Part shown: positions 57,837 through 64,000 of the stretch, in pieces | How the letters are laid out: every line of letters begins with the position of its first letter | How positions within the stretch are numbered: position 1 is the first letter of the stretch | From: Vicinamibacteria bacterium | GTDB taxonomy: Bacteria > Acidobacteriota > Vicinamibacteria > Marinacidobacterales > Marinacidobacteraceae | DNA length: 64,000 nucleotides | NCBI GenBank assembly: GCA_965199715.1 | Contig: CBDATA010000001.1 | Span: 32,001-96,000, forward strand | Direction of reading: 5' to 3' | Made by a program: the position numbers and the translations under genes | The notes under the pieces: model-generated | Seen by the model: only the letters and a program-made list of their open reading frames with translations | Databases searched by the model: none | Told to the model about the DNA's origin: nothing

Positions 57837-58322
57837 TTGCGCCTGTTCCGTCCTCATCTAATCGCGCTGTTCGCCGGGACGCTGTTCCTCGACCAGCTCA
57901 CCAAGGCGCTCGCGGTCGCCCGCCTCGTTCCCGGCGATCCGCTGGTCGTGATTCCGGGGTTCCTCCAGCTCGCGCTGTCGCGGAACCGGGGCATGGTCTT
58001 CGGCTTCCTCTCCGGGACCGACTTCCCGGGGAAGGAGTGGGTCCTCGCCGGGGTGGCGATCGCTTCGCTCTTCCTGATCTGCTGGCTGATCGCCCGGGAA
58101 CCCGACGCGGGGCCGCTGACGACGATCCCGCTCGCCGGAATCGTCGCCGGGGGGATCGGCAACGTGGTGGACCGGGTGCGGTTCGGCAGCGTGGTGGACT
58201 TCATCGACGTCCACGCCGGCGACTGGCACTGGCCCACGTTCAACGTCGCCGACTCGGCGATCACCGTGGGCATCCTCGTGATGTTCCTCGGCTTCCTGCG
58301 CGACGGGCGCAAGCGGGACTGA
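57837..58322 (+). CDS. lspA: Lipoprotein signal peptidase II
   Basis: DQLTK, NRGMVFG, GNVVDR, VVDFI, WPTFNVAD. Confidence 0.95.
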   Translation: MRLFRPHLIALFAGTLFLDQLTKALAVARLVPGDPLVVIPGFLQLALSRNRGMVFGFLSGTDFPGKEWVLAGVAIASLFLICWLIAREPDAGPLTTIPLAGIVAGGIGNVVDRVRFGSVVDFIDVHAGDWHWPTFNVADSAITVGILVMFLGFLRDGRKRD

Positions 58323-58325
58323 CGC

Positions 58326-59117
58326 ATGTTCCCCCGCATCGTCGAATTCGGCGCGATCGAACTGTTCGGGCGAACGTTCGAGCCGGCGCTCAACACCTAC
58401 GGACTGCTGGTGGCGCTCGGTTTCCTCGCCGGGCTCTGGCTCGCCGGCAAGCGCGCCCACCTCTACGGCGTTCAGACGAAGGACGTGTACGACCTCGGCA
58501 TCTGGCTCATCGTGGGCGCGTTCGTCGGGGCCAAGATTCTCCTCATCCTCGTGGACCCGGAGGGGTTCCTCCGGAATCCGGCCGGCATCATCCGCTCGTT
58601 CGGCGTCTTTTTCGGCGGCTTCCTCGGGGCCGTCGTGGGAGCGATCTGGTTCTATGCGCGCCGTCGTATCAACGTCTTCGACGGGGGCGATCTCCTCGCT
58701 CCGTCGATCGCGCTCGGTCACGGCGTCGGCAGGCTCGGCTGCTTCGCCGCCGGGTGCTGCTACGGCCTGCCTCACGACGGGCCGGTCGCGGTCACGTTCA
58801 GCGATGTGCAGGCGAACGCCTTCACCGGCGTGCCGCTCGGAGTCGCACTCCACCCTACCCAGCTCTACGAGGCGGGCGTGGAGTTCGCGCTCGCCGGATT
58901 CCTCCTCTGGCTCGCGCCCCGGCGCAAGTTCAGGGGGCAGCTCTTCTTTACGTGGCTGGCGCTCTACGCGACGCTTCGATTCCTGCTCGAGTTCCTCCGG
59001 GGCGATCCCCGCGGCTTCGTGCTCGACGGGCTTTTCTCGACCTCCCAATTCCTGAGTCTCCTGCTTCTCCCGGCGGCGGTGATCCTGCTGCTGGCGCTGA
59101 GGCGGCGCCACGCCTGA
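58326..59117 (+). CDS. lgt: Prolipoprotein diacylglyceryl transferase
   Basis: TYGL, FFGG, GRLGCFAAGCCYG, HPTQLYE, RFLLEFLR, SQ. Confidence 0.93.
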   Translation: MFPRIVEFGAIELFGRTFEPALNTYGLLVALGFLAGLWLAGKRAHLYGVQTKDVYDLGIWLIVGAFVGAKILLILVDPEGFLRNPAGIIRSFGVFFGGFLGAVVGAIWFYARRRINVFDGGDLLAPSIALGHGVGRLGCFAAGCCYGLPHDGPVAVTFSDVQANAFTGVPLGVALHPTQLYEAGVEFALAGFLLWLAPRRKFRGQLFFTWLALYATLRFLLEFLRGDPRGFVLDGLFSTSQFLSLLLLPAAVILLLALRRRHA

Positions 59118-60096
59118 ACCGCCCGTTCCCGGCGCGGAACGAGAGTTCCGGGCGAGAGCCGAGGACGACGGCGTTCGGCTGGACCAAGCGGCGCTGCAGC
59201 GCCTCGAGGCGGTCACCCGCAGCGAGGTGGCCCGCTGGATCCGCGACGGCCGGGTGCTCGTGGACGGGAGACCCCGGCGGGCGAGCCATCGATGCCGGCC
59301 GGGCGAGCGCGTCCTGATTCGGGTTCCCGAAGTCTTCGGACCGATCGGGGAGGACGAACCGCCGGCGTCCGAGGCCATCCCGCTCCGAGTGCTCCGTGTG
59401 GACCCCTATCTTGTCGTCGTCGAGAAACCGGCCGGCCTCGTCACCCATCCGGGACCCGGCCACCGGAACGGAACGGTCGTGAACGCGCTCCTCCACCAGT
59501 TCCCCGAGATGCGCCGCGTGGGGCCGCCGGGCCGACCCGGAATCGTCCACCGGCTCGACCGAGGAACGTCCGGTGTCCTTCTCGCCGCCCGCACTGCGGC
59601 GGCGCACGCGGGACTCACCCGCGCCTTCGCCGAGCGCGAGGTCGAAAAGCGCTATCTGGCGCTCGTGCTCGGCCGATTCGAGGGCGAGCGGGTTATGGAC
59701 GCGCCGATCGGGCGCGATCCGAGGCGTCCGCAGCTCTTCCAGTGCGGCGGACGCGGGGCGCGGGAGGCGCGGACCACCGTGCGAGCGGTCGAGCCGCTCC
59801 CGCTCTCCACGCTGGTCGAGCTGGATCTCCACACCGGGCGTACCCATCAGGCGCGGGTGCACCTGGCGGGAGCCGGACACCCGGTCGCCGGAGACGCAGC
59901 CTACGGCCCGGGAGCGCCCCGGCGAGGCGGCGGACGCGCCGGGGCCATCCTCCGCCGGCTCGAGCGCCCGGCGCTCCACGCGCTGCGGATCTGCTTCCGC
60001 CACCCGGTGACCCGCCGCCGGGTCGAGGTGGAAGCGCCGCCGCCCGCGGACTTCGCGGCGGCCGTAACGGGGCTGCGGAACGCCGGGCTGACATAG
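59110..60096 (+). CDS. rluD: RluA-family pseudouridine synthase with S4 domain (RluD); probable non-canonical ACG start
   Basis: S4 motif RLD...TRSEVARWIRDGRV begins before the first GTG (59227); KPAGLVTHP, GIVHRLDRGTSG, TGRTHQ.RVH, ALHA. Confidence 0.88.
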   Translation, partial: TPEPPVPGAEREFRARAEDDGVRLDQAALQRLEAVTRSEVARWIRDGRVLVDGRPRRASHRCRPGERVLIRVPEVFGPIGEDEPPASEAIPLRVLRVDPYLVVVEKPAGLVTHPGPGHRNGTVVNALLHQFPEMRRVGPPGRPGIVHRLDRGTSGVLLAARTAAAHAGLTRAFAEREVEKRYLALVLGRFEGERVMDAPIGRDPRRPQLFQCGGRGAREARTTVRAVEPLPLSTLVELDLHTGRTHQARVHLAGAGHPVAGDAAYGPGAPRRGGGRAGAILRRLERPALHALRICFRHPVTRRRVEVEAPPPADFAAAVTGLRNAGLT

Positions 60097-60108
60097 GATT
60101 CGCGCCCG

Positions 60109-60633
60109 ATGGACGGGCCGAGATTCGGCAGCGCGGAGCTCGAGTCCGCGCTTGACGCGATCGCCGACCGGATTCGTGCTTCCGGCCGCACCCCTCTCGC
60201 CATTCTGGGGATCCGGAAGCGCGGGGTTCCGCTCGCAGCCCGGCTGCGAGCGCGCCTTGAGCGGCGGGGGCTCGGCGAGATCCCGATGGGCGAGCTGGAC
60301 ATCAACCTGTACCGGGACGACATCTACGACCGGGGCGTGCCGCGGGTCCGGAAGACGAACATCCCGTTCCCGCTGGAGCGCTTCCACGTGCTCCTTGTGG
60401 ACGATGTGCTCCACACCGGAAGGACCATCCGGGCGGCGCTGACCGCGCTCACGAGCTTCGGCCGATCCCGGAGCGTGATGCTCGCCGCGCTCGTGGATCG
60501 AGGCGGCCGGGAGCTGCCGATCGCGGCGGACTTCGTGGGGCTCAGAGTGGAGGCGGCCCCGGGCGAACTCGTGCGCGTGCTCGTCGTTGAGGAGGACGGC
60601 GAGGACGGCGCCCGGATCCTCCCGCGCCCATGA
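60109..60633 (+). CDS. pyrR: PyrR pyrimidine regulator / uracil phosphoribosyltransferase
   Basis: GIRKRGVPLA, LDINLYRDD, LVDDVLHTGRTIRAAL, DRGGRELPI.ADFVG. Confidence 0.93.
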   Translation: MDGPRFGSAELESALDAIADRIRASGRTPLAILGIRKRGVPLAARLRARLERRGLGEIPMGELDINLYRDDIYDRGVPRVRKTNIPFPLERFHVLLVDDVLHTGRTIRAALTALTSFGRSRSVMLAALVDRGGRELPIAADFVGLRVEAAPGELVRVLVVEEDGEDGARILPRP

Positions 60634-61568
60634 AGCACCTCCTCGGAATCCGCGGGCTCTCGGCCGAGGAGGCGCTTTCGATCCTTGACGAGGCCCCGCG
60701 CTACCGGGACGTGGCCGACCAGCCCGTGCCCCGCGTGCCCGCGCTCCAGGGGCGGACCGTCACCCACCTCTTCATCGAGCCCTCGACCCGCACGTTGGCC
60801 TCGTTCCAACTGGCGGCGCGGCGGCTCTCGGCGGAGCCGGTCGCCTTCACGCCCCGCGTCTCCTCGCTCGCCAAGGGCGAGAGCTTCCTCGACACGGCCC
60901 GTACGCTCGCCGCCATGGCGCCGGACATCCTCGTCGTCCGCAGCCCCGAGGCCGGGGCTCCCGAGGTCCTGGTCCGCGAGATCCCGACGGCGCAGGTCGT
61001 GAACGCGGGCGACGGGATCAACGAACACCCGACCCAGGCGCTGCTGGACGCCTTCACGATCCGCGAGCGCCGGGGCGGCCTCGCCGGACTCCGGGTGGCG
61101 ATCGTCGGAGATCTCCGCCACAGCCGGGTCTTCCGCTCGAACGCCCGGCTGCTGACGCTGCTGGGGGCCGAGGTGCGGGCGTGCGGGCCGCCGACGCTGG
61201 CGCCTCCGGGCCTCGAGGAGCTGGGAGTGATCCACTGTCCGAAGATGAACGACGCACTCCGGGGCGCGGATGCGGTGATGGCGCTTCGGCTCCAGCACGA
61301 GCGAATGCATGCCGCCTTCCTGCCGTCGCTTCGGGAGTACTACGACGAGTTCGCCATCACCGAGGAGCGCCTCCGCCACACGAACGATGCGATCGTCCTC
61401 CATCCGGGGCCGATGAACCGGGGCGTGGAGATCGAGTCGAGCGTGGCCGACGGCCCGAGGTCGGTGATCCTTGACCAAGTGCGCAACGGCGTGGCCATTC
61501 GCATGGCCGTGCTCGCCGCGCTGGCCCGCTCGCAGCCGCGCGGCGGCTGGAGGCGCTCCCGTGGCTGA
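60630..61568 (+). CDS. pyrB: Aspartate carbamoyltransferase catalytic subunit
   Basis: EPSTRT, KGES, NAGDG.NEHPTQ, LRLQ.ER, HPGP.NRG. Confidence 0.95.
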   Translation: MKHLLGIRGLSAEEALSILDEAPRYRDVADQPVPRVPALQGRTVTHLFIEPSTRTLASFQLAARRLSAEPVAFTPRVSSLAKGESFLDTARTLAAMAPDILVVRSPEAGAPEVLVREIPTAQVVNAGDGINEHPTQALLDAFTIRERRGGLAGLRVAIVGDLRHSRVFRSNARLLTLLGAEVRACGPPTLAPPGLEELGVIHCPKMNDALRGADAVMALRLQHERMHAAFLPSLREYYDEFAITEERLRHTNDAIVLHPGPMNRGVEIESSVADGPRSVILDQVRNGVAIRMAVLAALARSQPRGGWRRSRG

Positions 61569-62856
61569 GGGCGCGGTCCTGATCCGGGGAGCGCGGATCG
61601 TGGACCCGGTGGCGAAGCGGGACGGAACACTTGATCTGCGACTCGTCGGAGGCAGGGTGGAGAGCGTCGGCGAACGGTTGGACGCCGACGGCGCGAAGGT
61701 GGTCGAGGCCGACGGGCTGGTCGCGGTTCCGGGACTCCTCGACATGCACGTCCACTTCCGGGAGCCCGGATTCGAGTTCAAGGAGACGGTCGCTTCGGGA
61801 GCGGCAGCGGCGGTCGCCGGCGGGTTCACGGCGGTCGCCTGCATGGCGAACACGGATCCGGTGAACGACAACCCGTCGGTGACCGCGCACATGCTCGAGC
61901 TCGCCGCCGCCGTCGGCCTCGCCCGGGTGCACCCGATCGCGGCCACGACCCAGGGCATGCGCGGCGAGCGGCTCACCGAGTTCGGGCGGCTGAAGAGGGC
62001 CGGGGCGGTCGCGGTCTCGGACGACGGACTCCCCATCGGAAACGCCGCGGTGATGCGCCGGGCGCTCGAGTACTCGCGCCTTTTCGACCTGCCGGTCATC
62101 GAGCACTGCGAGACGCTCGAGCTCACCGGCGACGGCGCGATGCGCGAGGGGGCGCTCTCCACGGCGCTCGGGATTCCGGGGATTCCCGGCGCTTCCGAGA
62201 GCATCGCGGTCGAGCGGAACACAGCGCTCGCGGGGTTGACCGGCGGGCGGCTCCACATCGCCCACCTCTCCACGGCAGCGTCGGTCGCCGCGGTGATTCG
62301 GGCCAGGAAGGCCGGCGTTCCGGTCACCTGCGAGGTCACGCCGCACCATCTGGTCCTGACCGAGGATGCGGTCGATTCCGAGGCCGGAGCCAACACCAAC
62401 GCCAAGATGAAGCCGCCGCTCGCGTCCGAAGCCGACCGGGCGGCGCTGACGGCGGCGCTCCAGGACGGTTTCGTGGACGCCATCGCGACCGACCACGCGC
62501 CGCACCACGAGGACGAGAAGCGCCTCTGCTTCGAGAGCGCGCCCTTCGGAATTGTTGGGCTGGAGACCGCGGTGCCGCTCGTGCTCGACCGGCTCGTGGC
62601 CCCCGGAGTCCTTTCGCTCGGCGGCGCGGTGCGGCTGCTTTCGGCGGGGCCGAACCGGATCCTCGGGTTGCCGGGCGGAACGCTCGCGCCGGGAAGCCCG
62701 GCGGACGTCACGCTGCTGGACCTCGAGGCGACGACCACCATGCGGCCGGACGCGTTTCGCAGCCGCGGCCGCAACACGCCCTTCAAGGGGCTGGAGCTGA
62801 AGGGGCGGGTCGCCGCCACGTGGGTCGGCGGGCGTCTGGTTTACTCCGCTGCGTGA
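61561..62856 (+). CDS. pyrC: Dihydroorotase (multifunctional-complex type)
   Basis: GTG 61561; DMHVHFREPG, MANT.P, SDDG, EHCE, HIAHLS, EVTPHH, ATDHAPH. Confidence 0.94.
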   Translation: MAEGAVLIRGARIVDPVAKRDGTLDLRLVGGRVESVGERLDADGAKVVEADGLVAVPGLLDMHVHFREPGFEFKETVASGAAAAVAGGFTAVACMANTDPVNDNPSVTAHMLELAAAVGLARVHPIAATTQGMRGERLTEFGRLKRAGAVAVSDDGLPIGNAAVMRRALEYSRLFDLPVIEHCETLELTGDGAMREGALSTALGIPGIPGASESIAVERNTALAGLTGGRLHIAHLSTAASVAAVIRARKAGVPVTCEVTPHHLVLTEDAVDSEAGANTNAKMKPPLASEADRAALTAALQDGFVDAIATDHAPHHEDEKRLCFESAPFGIVGLETAVPLVLDRLVAPGVLSLGGAVRLLSAGPNRILGLPGGTLAPGSPADVTLLDLEATTTMRPDAFRSRGRNTPFKGLELKGRVAATWVGGRLVYSAA

Positions 62857-64000
62857 TCCTTCGCCTTCTGACCGCCGCGGCGCTCGCCGCTCCGCTCGCC
62901 GCCGCGCAGCCCGGCGTCCACAGCGCCGAGAGCGGCGGCGAGGTGCTGCGGCTGATCCGGAGGGAGAAGCTGGATCTGATCCTTCCGGGCGCGATGCGCG
63001 ACAACGGCGTGGACATGTGGATCCATGCGACCCGCCACGGCGACCCCGATCCGCTCGCCCACTACTTCGGGAACACGTGGGGCTGGCTCGTGTTCACCGA
63101 TCGCGGCGAACGGATCGAGCGGGCCGCTTTCGGAAGCGCGGGAGCCGTGGAAGGCATCGACGTGCGGGGATCGGACGCCTTCGCCCGCGCCATCTCCAGC
63201 TACGACCGCGGGTATCGCATGGCGTTCGGCTACGGCGACGAGGCGTATGACGAGTTCGCGGAGTTCGTTGCCGAACGGGATCCCGAGGTGATCGCGGTGA
63301 ACACGTCGGAATGGCTTGCCGAGGCCGACGGGATCTCCCATTCGGCTTGGGTGAAGCTGATGCGCGTGCTCGGCCCGGAATACGCCGGGCGCGTGGTTTC
63401 CGCGGAGAACGTCATCACGGACTTCGCCGTGCGGCGCACCGTGCGGGAGGTTGCCGAGCAGATCAACAATCTTGAGGCCGCCCGGCAACTTCAGTTGGCG
63501 GCGCTCCGGCGGATCGAGCCGAACCGCACCACGATCCGGGAGATCGTGACGTGGGCGCGGGAAGAGGCTTTCAAGCGCCACCTCGCCGGATTCGGGACCT
63601 TCGGGCGGGGCGGCGTCCGGGTGTACTACAGCGCAGTCTCGGAGGATCCCCCCTACCCGCCTTCGGTCCGCTACTGGGCGTGGCACGGCGACTACGTCCT
63701 GCAGCGCGGGGACTTCTTCGCGTTCAACGTGGGCGTCCGCTACATGGGCTTCACGACCGACACCAAGACCCACGCCTACATCCTGCGCGAGGGCGAGACC
63801 GCGCCTCCCGAGAGCATCCAGAAGGTCTTCGACCTCGGCGTGGCCGGGCAGGAGATCATGCGCCCGCACATGCGCGTGGGCATGACGGCGAAGGAGTCCC
63901 TCGACGCGATGGTGGCCGCGATGGAGGACGCCGGCTACATCTACACGCCATTCGTGAATTCCGGGATTCAGGGGGCCGGCCGGACACCGGACGGAGAGGC
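62853..64000 (+). CDS. Secreted M24-family (Xaa-Pro aminopeptidase-like) protein, truncated by window end
   Basis: GTGA overlap at 62853; manual translation gives a signal peptide, LILPGAMRDNGVDMWI, LQRGD...YMGFTTD..HAYILREGE. Confidence 0.75.
   Translation, partial: MILRLLTAAALAAPLAAAQPGVHSAESGGEVLRLIRREKLDLILPGAMRDNGVDMWIHATRHGDPDPLAHYFGNTWGWLVFTDRGERIERAAFGSAGAVEGIDVRGSDAFARAISSYDRGYRMAFGYGDEAYDEFAEFVAERDPEVIAVNTSEWLAEADGISHSAWVKLMRVLGPEYAGRVVSAENVITDFAVRRTVREVAEQINNLEAARQLQLAALRRIEPNRTTIREIVTWAREEAFKRHLAGFGTFGRGGVRVYYSAVSEDPPYPPSVRYWAWHGDYVLQRGDFFAFNVGVRYMGFTTDTKTHAYILREGETAPPESIQKVFDLGVAGQEIMRPHMRVGMTAKESLDAMVAAMEDAGYIYTPFVNSGIQGAGRTPDGE

Overview
A very GC-rich (roughly 70-75% by eye), gene-dense bacterial chromosome segment. 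The gene set and protein styles suggest an Acidobacteriota-like, possibly host- or sponge-associated diderm, but this is inference only. It holds about 60 CDS, RNase P RNA (rnpB) and two tRNA-Leu genes; no CRISPR array, IS, integrase or prophage was seen. Housekeeping blocks: tig-clpP-clpX-yihA-rho-rpmE-prfA-prmC, lspA-lgt-rluD-pyrR-pyrB-pyrC, larC-tatD-ispB, selB, rnr, pheA. Accessory modules: (i) a putative (hydroxy)proline catabolic cluster with two OCD/mu-crystallin proteins, an atypical DapA-family enzyme, proline dehydrogenase, an NSS transporter and a split aconitase X, next to a LarA/FAH divergon; (ii) a comEA-fimT/gspH operon with a sigma54-like promoter, an IHF-like site and three tandem 18-bp palindromes; (iii) a phosphate locus where a TonB-dependent receptor plus two uncharacterised lipoproteins lie divergent from phoBR behind an 11-bp-period Pho-box array, next to ppx and apaH. 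At DNA level there is pervasive leaderless-type promoter architecture, including overlapping bidirectional -10 boxes in 21-23 bp divergent gaps and stop codons reused as -10 boxes, plus a probable ACG start for rluD. Functional calls come from motif recognition only; no database searches were run.
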